NCBI GenBank assembly: GCA_021734995.1 | Contig: JAIPHX010000001.1 | Span: 1 to 50,589 of the forward strand | DNA length: 50,589 nt | Origin: Minisyncoccota bacterium | GTDB taxonomy: Bacteria; Patescibacteriota; Minisyncoccia; Phycocordibacterales; UBA9973 | Reading direction: 5' to 3' | Part shown: positions 30,050 to 38,390 of the stretch, piece by piece | Numbering within the stretch: the first letter of the stretch is position 1 | Layout: every line of letters begins with the position of its first letter | Program-made: the position numbers and the translations under genes | Notes under the pieces: model-generated | Told to the model about the DNA's origin: nothing | The model's database searches: none | What the model saw: the letters and a program-made list of their open reading frames with translations, nothing else

Positions 30050-30319
30050 CTGTGTATAAGTTGAGGAAAACATTTGAATAGTTTGTTTATAAGTAGAAAA
30101 TAATAGTTAATAAAAACTGAATTAAAAAGAATAACTTTAGCCCAATAATTAAAACACAGAAAGTTGTTAGAAATTAAAAAAAGTTATCCACCTAAAGTAA
30201 AAAACAAATATTATAAATAACCTTTATTAAATATATAAAAAAACAAGTTATCCACTTATCAACACATGTAATAATAGTAATAAGTATTTATATATAAGAT
30301 ATACACAATATAAACAATT
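30050..30319. other. Replication origin oriC (dnaA-dnaN intergenic)
   Basis: DnaA boxes TGTGTATAA 30051, TGTTTATAA 30084, TTATCCACC 30184, TTATCCACT 30248 and TTATCAACA 30256; DnaA-trio-like TAATAATAGTAATAA at 30269-30283; AT-rich tail. Confidence 0.85.
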
Positions 30320-31417
30320 ATGAAAATAGAATGTAGCACAGAGAAAATTAAAAATGCAATCTTATTAGCAGAGAAGATAACTGGTAAAAATTTATCATTA
30401 CCAATATTAAACTCTATACTTTTTACTGCTTCTGAAAAATCTTTAATTTTAAGATCTACAAACCTAAGTATAGGTATAGAAATAGAAATACCCGCAAAGG
30501 TTGAAAAAGAAGGCACTGTAGCTATTACAGGGTCTGTTATGGCAGGGGTTTTTTCAAATATATATCAAAACGAGAATTTGTATTTAGAAGAAGAAGAGGG
30601 GAATGTTTTTATTAAAACAAAAAAGAACAAAATAAAGGCAAAAGGGCAGTCTTCAGAAGATTTCCCTACAATACCCAAAATAAACGGAGACTCTTTTCTA
30701 ATAGGCTCACAGAAGCTTGTGGAGGGTATTAAATCTGTGTTCTATAGTTCAGCTGTGTCTGATATAAAACCAGAAATATCTAGTGTTTTTATTTATACAG
30801 AAGGGGATAATGTTATCTTTGTTTCCACAGACTCTTTTAGACTTGCAGAAAAGAAAATTAAAATAAAAAACATTCCAGATATAAAGGGGATTATTATTCC
30901 ATTTAAAAACGTTTTAGAAATAGTAAGGGTTATTGGTGATTATAAAGGAGATGTGAATGTTTGTTTTAATAAAAACCAAATATCCTTTTCTTTTGAAGGT
31001 ATATATTTAACATCAAGACTTATAGATGGTGTTTTCCCGGATTATAGACAAATAGTACCAAAAGAATCAAAAACAGAATCAATTATCTTAAAACAAGATG
31101 TTGTTAGTGCTTTGAAGTTATCAAATATTTTTTCTGATAAATTTAATCAAATAAATTTAAAAGTTTCTCCTGAAGAAAAGGTTTTTGAAATATCTTCTTC
31201 AAATAATGATGTAGGAGAAAACAAAACAAACCTAGAAGCTACACTAAAAGGGGAAGAAGTAGTGGTTAGCTTTAACTATAAATATTTTTTAGATTGTCTC
31301 CAATCTATCTCTGCTGATAGTATTTGTATTAACTTTAATCAAGAAACAAAACCAATGCTTATCTCTGGTGTTTCAGATAACACATTTATTTACTTAATTA
31401 TGCCAATGAATAGATAG
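30320..31417 (+). CDS. dnaN: DNA polymerase III beta clamp
   Basis: STDSFRL, SRLIDG.FPDY and C-terminal LIMPM motifs. Confidence 0.97.
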   Translation: MKIECSTEKIKNAILLAEKITGKNLSLPILNSILFTASEKSLILRSTNLSIGIEIEIPAKVEKEGTVAITGSVMAGVFSNIYQNENLYLEEEEGNVFIKTKKNKIKAKGQSSEDFPTIPKINGDSFLIGSQKLVEGIKSVFYSSAVSDIKPEISSVFIYTEGDNVIFVSTDSFRLAEKKIKIKNIPDIKGIIIPFKNVLEIVRVIGDYKGDVNVCFNKNQISFSFEGIYLTSRLIDGVFPDYRQIVPKESKTESIILKQDVVSALKLSNIFSDKFNQINLKVSPEEKVFEISSSNNDVGENKTNLEATLKGEEVVVSFNYKYFLDCLQSISADSICINFNQETKPMLISGVSDNTFIYLIMPMNR

Positions 31418-31470
31418 TGTTTTGTTTTTTTAGAGAAGTAAAAACATAAAACCCTATAATTTTTATAAAA

Positions 31471-31728
31471 ATGATTGATATTAAAGACCTTTTAGCTAAA
31501 TATAAAAATAAAATGGGGGCTGATTTTCAAAACAAAGAAAAAATTGCTCAGGTTTTGTCTGAAATAGTAGGGGTTTTAATAAACAAAGAAGAAGTTGAAA
31601 TTAAAAATAAGGTACTTGTTTTAAAAATAAAAACAATCTACAAAAACACAGCTCTTGTAAAAAAAGAAAAGATTTTAAACAAACTCAAAGAAGAGTTTGG
31701 TGACGGTGCACCAATAGACATCTTGTAA
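31471..31728 (+). CDS. DciA/DUF721-like helicase loader (putative)
   Basis: Position after dnaN; pattern IKNKVLVLKI....KN....KKEKILNKLKE.FG. Confidence 0.55.
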   Translation: MIDIKDLLAKYKNKMGADFQNKEKIAQVLSEIVGVLINKEEVEIKNKVLVLKIKTIYKNTALVKKEKILNKLKEEFGDGAPIDIL

Positions 31729-31743
31729 AGATAATAAAAAAGG

Positions 31744-34296
31744 TTATGGTTGGATTATAGAAAATCTTGTGTAACTCTCACCTCTATTGTAGACATTGTC
31801 GTAAGAAATTATTTTTATTGTATTTACATTAGATAAATTTTCTAACTCTCTTGGTATAAAAGAAAAAACAAAAGGACTTTTGACGCTACCCATAAAGATA
31901 TCATTTATAAATATTTCCATTTTTTCTAAAGGAAAAGGCCCATAGTTTTCAAACTTTAATTGTATTTTTTGATCTGGGTTGTAGGCATCGTATTCGTTTG
32001 GGATAAGTAGGTTTATTTTTGGTTTATTTTCTTCTGTGTGGATGTTGTCATAAGTAATAGGTTTTTCGTTTGCATAGGTTGCAGGATAATTAAAGGAATT
32101 TTTTACCCACCAATTTCTTACAGATGTTTCCCAGCTATTAAATTGAGAATCTGATTCTGGGTTTGTTGGCGCAGGTCCTTTGATATCATTTATATCTACC
32201 CAATAAAGTATTGAGTGCACATTTGTAAGCACTTTTTCTTGAAGAGTTTCTTGGGGGGTATTTTCTGTTGCTAATTTACCTGAAATTTTATCAATAAAAA
32301 AGTTTTCATTTCCTTGCCAGTTGCCACGAAGCACTGGTTTGGTACTTTTTGGATCAAGATTCCAATCGGGTTTTTCAAAATTTTCACTTGGAGTGTCTTT
32401 TAAAGCTTCTTTTATAAATTTATTCCAAATAGGTCCAGCCATAGCCACACCACCTTTTTTCATGGAAGTGTTGTCATTGTTTCCTGACCACACACCCACA
32501 ACAACAGAAGGACTATACCCCACAGTCCAAGCATCCTTGTTGTTGTTGGTGGTACCTGTTTTTGCAGCTACTTCTCTTCCAGGGATAACAAGTTGAGAGT
32601 TTGCTCCAAAGGTTGGTGTTCTTGCTTGGTTGTCAGAAAGGATGTTTGAAATACTAAGAGCAGTGTTTCTTGGAATTACCTCTCTTGGTTTTGGGGTAAA
32701 TTCTTCCAACACTTCTCCGTTAGATTTTTCTATCTTTAAAATACCTGTATATGGATTCCTTACTCCGTTATTAGCAAAAACCCCGTACGCAGAAGTGATA
32801 TCAAGTAGTGTTACCTCACCACCTCCAATAACCAAAGTAAGCCCATACCTACTTATGTCTGTAAGAGTGTTTATACCCATATCTTCAGCTGTCTTTAAAG
32901 AATCACGCATACCTGCTAAATAAAATAATTTTACAGCAGGAATGTTTACAGACTGTGCTAGGGCATTTTTTAAGGTTATAGGACCCCTGTATTTTCCATC
33001 GTAGTTTTGAGGGTTATAACAACTGCTACTGCTTCTTCCAGGAAGTGGTTGTCCATATGCATTACAACTTCCAGAAAATTCTGTAAACAAATCAAAAACA
33101 ACAGTAGAGGGAGTAAAACCTTTGTTGAAAGCAGTAGCATATATAAAGGGTTTAAAAGAAGACCCTGGCTGTCTTTTTGCTGTGGATACATTAAAATTCC
33201 CATCTATTTCTTTGTCAAAATAATCCCTAGACCCTACCATTGTAAGTATTTGGCCTGTTTTTGGATCTATTGCGACAAGAGAAGCATTGTTACCGTTCCA
33301 GTCTTTTGCATTTTGTAATGCCCCCTCTTTTACAATAGCTTCAGCTTTTTCTTGTAGTTTCCAATCAAGAGTGGTGGTTACTTTTACCCCCTCATCTAAA
33401 ACCTGCTTACTATATTTATTTTCTAAATATTCTTTTATGAAGAAAACAAAATGAGGAGCCTTTATGTTGTTGGTTTGTTTGGGAACAAAAAGAACTTCCT
33501 CTTCTTTTGCCTTTTTATATTCTTCTTCTGTTAGAAAACCAACTTCAAACATTCTTTTTAAGACAAGGTTTTTTCTGTCGTCTAGTTTATCTTTGTTTTT
33601 TCCATAAGGAGATAGTGTAGTGGGGGATTGAGGTATTGCAGCTAGATATGCTGACTCAGCAATAGTCAAATCTTGGCTTTTCTTTTCAAAAAATGTTCTG
33701 GAAGCTTCTTCTATACCATAAATATTTCCACCATAAGGTGATTCATTTAAATAATATTCTAAAATTTTCTCTTTTGGTAAAGACTTATCTACTTGCATCG
33801 CAAGAATCCATTCTTGAATTTTTCTGGTGATTGTTTTTTTATTGTTTAATAAAGAATTTTTTACAAGTTGTTGTGTTATGGTAGAGCCACCCTGTGTACC
33901 CCCAGAAGTGTTTGTAAAATTAAATAAAATAGCACGGATAATAGATGTTACACGGATACCTTTGTGGTTGTAAAATTCAGCATCTTCTATTGCCACGGTA
34001 GCATTTTTTATATTAGACCCCATTTCTTCAAATGGAATATTTGTGCGTCTTATGTCTTCGTGTACATCATACAAAAGTATGGTTCCTGTCTTGTCATATA
34101 TTTTGGTTGAGTTTACAACTTTTCTTTCGTCAAAGGCTCTAAAATCAGGAAGTTTAAAATTGGCGAGCCAAATAATACCAAGGCCCGTAGCAATAATTAT
34201 TAGACCAAAAACAAAAAAAACAAAATTTCTAAAATGTTTTTTGGCTTTAGGTTTCAGTTTGTGTCTTGGGTGGTAATGGTTTGTGTGGACATTCAT
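31744..34296 (-). CDS. Class A penicillin-binding protein (PBP1A family)
   Basis: Transglycosylase motifs EDAEFYNHKG, GGSTITQQL and RKIQE; transpeptidase motifs SSFK, SVN and KTGT. Confidence 0.96.
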   Translation of the reverse strand: MNVHTNHYHPRHKLKPKAKKHFRNFVFFVFGLIIIATGLGIIWLANFKLPDFRAFDERKVVNSTKIYDKTGTILLYDVHEDIRRTNIPFEEMGSNIKNATVAIEDAEFYNHKGIRVTSIIRAILFNFTNTSGGTQGGSTITQQLVKNSLLNNKKTITRKIQEWILAMQVDKSLPKEKILEYYLNESPYGGNIYGIEEASRTFFEKKSQDLTIAESAYLAAIPQSPTTLSPYGKNKDKLDDRKNLVLKRMFEVGFLTEEEYKKAKEEEVLFVPKQTNNIKAPHFVFFIKEYLENKYSKQVLDEGVKVTTTLDWKLQEKAEAIVKEGALQNAKDWNGNNASLVAIDPKTGQILTMVGSRDYFDKEIDGNFNVSTAKRQPGSSFKPFIYATAFNKGFTPSTVVFDLFTEFSGSCNAYGQPLPGRSSSSCYNPQNYDGKYRGPITLKNALAQSVNIPAVKLFYLAGMRDSLKTAEDMGINTLTDISRYGLTLVIGGGEVTLLDITSAYGVFANNGVRNPYTGILKIEKSNGEVLEEFTPKPREVIPRNTALSISNILSDNQARTPTFGANSQLVIPGREVAAKTGTTNNNKDAWTVGYSPSVVVGVWSGNNDNTSMKKGGVAMAGPIWNKFIKEALKDTPSENFEKPDWNLDPKSTKPVLRGNWQGNENFFIDKISGKLATENTPQETLQEKVLTNVHSILYWVDINDIKGPAPTNPESDSQFNSWETSVRNWWVKNSFNYPATYANEKPITYDNIHTEENKPKINLLIPNEYDAYNPDQKIQLKFENYGPFPLEKMEIFINDIFMGSVKSPFVFSFIPRELENLSNVNTIKIISYDNVYNRGESYTRFSIIQP

Positions 34297-34305
34297 GATT
34301 ATTTA

Positions 34306-34328
34306 ATAATAGCATAAAATGCTATAAT
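34306..34328. promoter_or_regulatory. Back-to-back extended -10 promoters for the PBP gene (-) and tyrS (+)
   Basis: Minus-strand TGCTATTAT (34314-34306) and plus-strand TGCTATAAT (34320-34328), each 9 nt from its ATG. Confidence 0.65.
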
Positions 34329-34337
34329 AAATCACAT

Positions 34338-35714
34338 ATGACAAAAGAGGAAAAAAATAAAATTATAGAAGAAATTTTTTCTAGGGGGGTGGTTGATTTT
34401 GTTGACCCTGAGGGGGTATTTAGAAAGAAGTTGGAATCCAACCCAGAGAAGATTGTTATAAAGCTTGGGGCAGATCCTACTAGGCCAGATATACACTTGG
34501 GACACGCTGTTATTTTAAGAAAATTACGCCAATTTCAAGATCTTGGCTGTAAGGTTGTTTTTATTGTAGGAGATTTTACTGCTCAGATAGGTGATCCTAC
34601 AGGTAAAAGTAAAGTTAGACCAGATTTGGCATATGAGGAAGTTCGTAAAAATATGCAATCTTACCTAGATCAAATAAAACTAATACTAAGACAAGAGCCA
34701 GAAGTTTTTGCTTGGGTAAACAACATGGATTGGTTTATCAGCGTGACCGACCTTGTTTTTGATGAAAAAAAGTTTGTTACTATTAAAGACCAAAAAGGAA
34801 ATGAAGTTTCTGTGCCATCTAATACTTTTGTTGGAAAAGCTGCAGAGTATGATATTTTACAAAGACAGAAATTTTTTAATAAAAATATTTCCAACATCAC
34901 TGTTCGAACTCTTTTTTCAACCTTAAAAAGTATTACACATTCTAGGTTGATAGCTAGAGATATGTTTCAAAAAAGAATCAAAGATGGAGAAGAGTTATAT
35001 ATGCACGAGATGCTATATCCAGTAATCCAAGGAATTGATTCTTATATTTTAAACAATATTTTTGGTTCTTGCGATATGGAAGTAGGAGGGACAGACCAGC
35101 ATTTTAATATGCTTATGGGTAGGGATGTTATGAAAATAAACAAAATAGAACCACAGTCAGTAATGACTTTTGAATTACTAGAAGGGCTTGATGGAAAAGA
35201 AAAAATGTCTAAAAGTTTGGACAATTATATTGGTATTTCAGATGAACCAAGTGATATGTATGGAAAAGTAATGTCACTACCCGACTTTTTGATAGAGAAG
35301 TATTTCAAACTCTGCACTTTTTCTACAATAGAAGAAATAGAAGAATTAGTGTCAGGGATTCAAAAAGGATCTGTTCATCCAAAAGATGCCAAAATGCAAC
35401 TAGCTAGACAGATTGTAGAGATTTACCACGGTAGAGCAAAAGCTGAAAAAGCGGAAGAAGATTTTGTAAATGTTTTTCAAAACAAAGCTATCCCTGAAGA
35501 TTTATTAGAGATCCAGATAAAAGAAAAAGAAACCTTGGCAGATGCTTTGGTTTCTTTTAAAGTGCTTTCTTCTAAAGCAGAGTGGAGGAGATTGGTAGAA
35601 GAGGGAGCAATTACAAATCTTACTACAGGAGAAAAGATAGTTGACCCAAAAATTTCCCCTAATGTTGGTGAAAAACTAAAAATTGGAAAAAGAAGATTTG
35701 TAAAGATTGTATAA
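34338..35714 (+). CDS. tyrS: Tyrosine--tRNA ligase
   Basis: GADPTRPDIHLGH, YPVIQGID, GGTDQ.FN and KMSKS motifs; C-terminal S4-like domain. Confidence 0.97.
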   Translation: MTKEEKNKIIEEIFSRGVVDFVDPEGVFRKKLESNPEKIVIKLGADPTRPDIHLGHAVILRKLRQFQDLGCKVVFIVGDFTAQIGDPTGKSKVRPDLAYEEVRKNMQSYLDQIKLILRQEPEVFAWVNNMDWFISVTDLVFDEKKFVTIKDQKGNEVSVPSNTFVGKAAEYDILQRQKFFNKNISNITVRTLFSTLKSITHSRLIARDMFQKRIKDGEELYMHEMLYPVIQGIDSYILNNIFGSCDMEVGGTDQHFNMLMGRDVMKINKIEPQSVMTFELLEGLDGKEKMSKSLDNYIGISDEPSDMYGKVMSLPDFLIEKYFKLCTFSTIEEIEELVSGIQKGSVHPKDAKMQLARQIVEIYHGRAKAEKAEEDFVNVFQNKAIPEDLLEIQIKEKETLADALVSFKVLSSKAEWRRLVEEGAITNLTTGEKIVDPKISPNVGEKLKIGKRRFVKIV

Positions 35715-35716
35715 AA

Positions 35717-35884
35717 TTATTTTTCAGATTCTTCACCGAAGCCTTCGCTGAAATCATCATCCTCTTCTTCGTCTTCGTCATCATCGTCTGAAAAAATATC
35801 TTCATCAAGATCTTCAAGGTCAGAATCATCTCCTAAAGTAGGATCAAACTCATCATCTTTGTCTTTAAACTCGTCGTCGTACAT
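35717..35884 (-). CDS. Hyperacidic 55-aa mini-protein (missing from the ORF track)
   Basis: MYDDEFKDKDDEFDPTLGDDSDLEDLDEDIFSDDDDEDEEEDDDFSEGFGEESEK*; 32/55 residues are D/E; fills the gap between tyrS and ruvC. Confidence 0.75.
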   Translation of the reverse strand: MYDDEFKDKDDEFDPTLGDDSDLEDLDEDIFSDDDDEDEEEDDDFSEGFGEESEK

Positions 35885-35986
35885 ATTTATGTTAAATAAA
35901 AAATATTTTTAAAACACCTCACTCGACCAATGTTATGTTTAGCATTTTATTTGTATCAAAACAAAAAATACTTGGCAATATCCTTT

Positions 35987-35995
35987 TGTGGATAA
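35987..35995 (-). promoter_or_regulatory. Perfect DnaA box
   Basis: TGTGGATAA = reverse complement of TTATCCACA, between ruvC and the acidic ORF. Confidence 0.55.
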
Positions 35996-36003
35996 CTTTT
36001 GAT

Positions 36004-36480
36004 TTAAAAACTTTTTTGGTGAGCAAGACCGGTGAGGGCGATAGCAATAGCATCTAGCTCGTCGTCCGATTTTTTGGCATTATCTATTTTTACAAGCATT
36101 TTTACCATCTTCATAACTTGTTCTTTGTCTGCTTTGCCATAGCCGGTAACAGCCATTTTTATTTGAGGAGGAGAGGCTTCAAATATTTTTAAATGAGCTT
36201 TAGACGCTTCATAGATTACAACACCCCTTGCTTCAGATACCCGCATTGCTGTCTTTTGATTTGTGTTTATAAAAAGTGTCTCTATTGCTAAAGCATCCGG
36301 ATGATATTCTTTTATAATTAAATTTATTTTTTCTCCTATCAACAAAAGTCTCTCACTAAAAGACAGTTCTTTTTTTGTTTTAAAACATTCAGAAAAAATA
36401 ACCTCTTCTTTCCCTGTATTTTTTTCTAAAATAGCAATACCTAATCTTTCAAATCCAGGATCTATGCCTAATATTTTCAT
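36004..36480 (-). CDS. ruvC: Holliday junction resolvase RuvC
   Basis: ILGIDPG, AIETLF, K.AVTGYG.A.K.QV and DDELDAIAIA motifs. Confidence 0.97.
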   Translation of the reverse strand: MKILGIDPGFERLGIAILEKNTGKEEVIFSECFKTKKELSFSERLLLIGEKINLIIKEYHPDALAIETLFINTNQKTAMRVSEARGVVIYEASKAHLKIFEASPPQIKMAVTGYGKADKEQVMKMVKMLVKIDNAKKSDDELDAIAIALTGLAHQKSF

Positions 36481-36507
36481 ATATTTATTTTTTTAATAAT
36501 TTTTATA

Positions 36508-37044
36508 TTATTCTGCATTTGTATATACATCTTGCACATCATCATTTGACTCTATTTCTTCTATTAGATTATCCAAAGCTAGAATATCTTCATCAGACAG
36601 TGACGTAGTGGTGTTTGGTATCCATAGCATACCTTGAGGAGTGTTTTCTTTTGTAAAAGCCCAAGAAACTGATCCAATTCCAGCCAAAGAAAAACCATTT
36701 TTTGATAAAAGATGTTTTATTTCTTGAGCGGTCCTGTTTCTACTGTCTGTAAGAGTTTCTATTATAATACCAGCCCCACCAGGACCATAAGCTTCATACA
36801 TTATGTATTCCATTTGGTTTGAAGGCTCACTTCCTTTTTTGACCGCTCTTTCAATTACATCTTTGGGCATATTTACCTTCTTTGCTTTCTCTATGGCCGC
36901 TCTTAGACTAGGTGAATCTTTCCCGTCCGACAATCTTGCTTCTACGGAAATGTTTTTAGATAACTTTGAAAATATCTGACTTCTTTTTGCATCAGTTACT
37001 GCTTTTTGTCTTTTGATTTGAGCCCATTTGTTGTGTCCTGACAT
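36508..37044 (-). CDS. yebC: YebC/PmpR family protein (short form)
   Basis: MSGHNKWAQIKRQK, YEAYGPGG, TDSRNRT and DDVQDVYTN motifs. Confidence 0.95.
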   Translation of the reverse strand: MSGHNKWAQIKRQKAVTDAKRSQIFSKLSKNISVEARLSDGKDSPSLRAAIEKAKKVNMPKDVIERAVKKGSEPSNQMEYIMYEAYGPGGAGIIIETLTDSRNRTAQEIKHLLSKNGFSLAGIGSVSWAFTKENTPQGMLWIPNTTTSLSDEDILALDNLIEEIESNDDVQDVYTNAE

Positions 37045-37061
37045 TTTAAAATTATTAAATT

Positions 37062-38066
37062 TTATTTTTCAATATAATCAATCCCCAAATGTTCATAAGC
37101 TTTTTGTGTAGCAATTCTTCCTCTTGGTGTACGTTCTATTAAGCCAAGTTGTAAAAGATATGGCTCTATCACTTCTTCTAGTGTGGCTTCTTCTTCTGAT
37201 GTTGCCGCTGATATTGTTTTTAAACCCACCGGACCACCATTAAATTTTTGGATTAATGTTTTTAGAAATGTTTTATCTGAAGAATTTAATCCAATATCAT
37301 CTATGGCAAGCATTTGAAGAGATTCCTTCACTGTATCTTCAGTCAATTCTTTTTTGTGGACTTGTGCAAAATCTCTACATCTTTTTAAAAAATAATTGGC
37401 AGTACGAGGTGTAAACCTGCTTCTTTTTGCAATTTCATTTAAAGCACCTTCGTTTAATTTTGTATCTAAAAGCTTGCTAGATCTGCGGACTATTTCCGCA
37501 ATCTCTTCGTTTGTGTAAAACTCCATTCTAAAAGTTCCACCAGAAAATCTAGAACGAAGAGGGGAGGAGATAAGAGCTACTCTTGTGGTCGCTGCAATAA
37601 GTGTAAATGGGGGTAAATCAAGCTGGATAGTGCGAGCAGAAGGTCCTTTTCCGATGATTATATCAAGCACCCCAGATTCCATTGCTGGATATAGGATTTC
37701 TTCTACCATTTTGTTTAGTCTGTGTATTTCATCAATAAAAAGAATATCTCCAGGAGAAAGATTGGTGAGGATGGACGCCAAATCACCTACTTTTTCAATA
37801 GCAGGGCCAGAGGTTATTTTTATTTGTCTATTGGTTTCTTTAGCTATTAGATGGGCCAGTGTAGTTTTCCCAAGCCCTGGGGGACCATAAAACAATATGT
37901 GCTCAGGGATGTGCCCCCTTTCTTTTGCTGCCTCAAGAAGTATTTTAACGTTGTCTTTTATGTGTTTTTGGCCGATATAATCCTCCCAAGTCTGTGGTCT
38001 AAGGGCTTGATCCAAAACTACTTCCTCTTTGTTTTCATTGTTATTTTGATTATTCATACTTGACAT
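37062..38066 (-). CDS. ruvB: Holliday junction branch migration helicase RuvB
   Basis: [29 protein letters not shown] and EPYL...RTPRGR motifs. Confidence 0.98.
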   Translation of the reverse strand: MSSMNNQNNNENKEEVVLDQALRPQTWEDYIGQKHIKDNVKILLEAAKERGHIPEHILFYGPPGLGKTTLAHLIAKETNRQIKITSGPAIEKVGDLASILTNLSPGDILFIDEIHRLNKMVEEILYPAMESGVLDIIIGKGPSARTIQLDLPPFTLIAATTRVALISSPLRSRFSGGTFRMEFYTNEEIAEIVRRSSKLLDTKLNEGALNEIAKRSRFTPRTANYFLKRCRDFAQVHKKELTEDTVKESLQMLAIDDIGLNSSDKTFLKTLIQKFNGGPVGLKTISAATSEEEATLEEVIEPYLLQLGLIERTPRGRIATQKAYEHLGIDYIEK

Positions 38067-38234
38067 TATATATATATTATGCTATACTAGCGAAGTTGAT
38101 TAGTTGTACACTACTTATCAACAGGCTATACACACACTTATTATATTATAGCATTTCTTTGAGCTTGCGTTGTATTATAATAAACAGTGTAATGTTTTTT
38201 ACAAAAAAGAAAAAGATGTTGTCTTAAGTTTGTT

Positions 38235-38390
38235 AAGAAGGCACTAATCTCTAAGCAATCAGCCTATGGTTATACAAGTTTTTTGAAGGACGTTTTGGTA
38301 TCCTTTTGGATTTCTGGAACTATCCTTTGGGGTCTTGTTACTTTTCGGGCTCAGTCTGAAAAGGATTGTTTAGAGATTAGTGTTTTTTTT
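38235..38390 (+). ncRNA. Candidate structured RNA, rod-shaped with a central bubble (6S RNA-like)
   Basis: 20-bp closing helix (38241-38260 with 38364-38383), continued internal helices, an apical ATCC-TTTT-GGAT hairpin and a 3' U-tract. Mismatches are G-U on the + strand. Confidence 0.55.

Noticed and set aside
38235-38390. SRP RNA, hammerhead ribozyme, TPP riboswitch or simple terminator
   Set aside because: Lacks the SRP GGAA loop and CAGG/AGCA motif, the CUGANGA core and the TPP consensus, and is far longer than a terminator hairpin.
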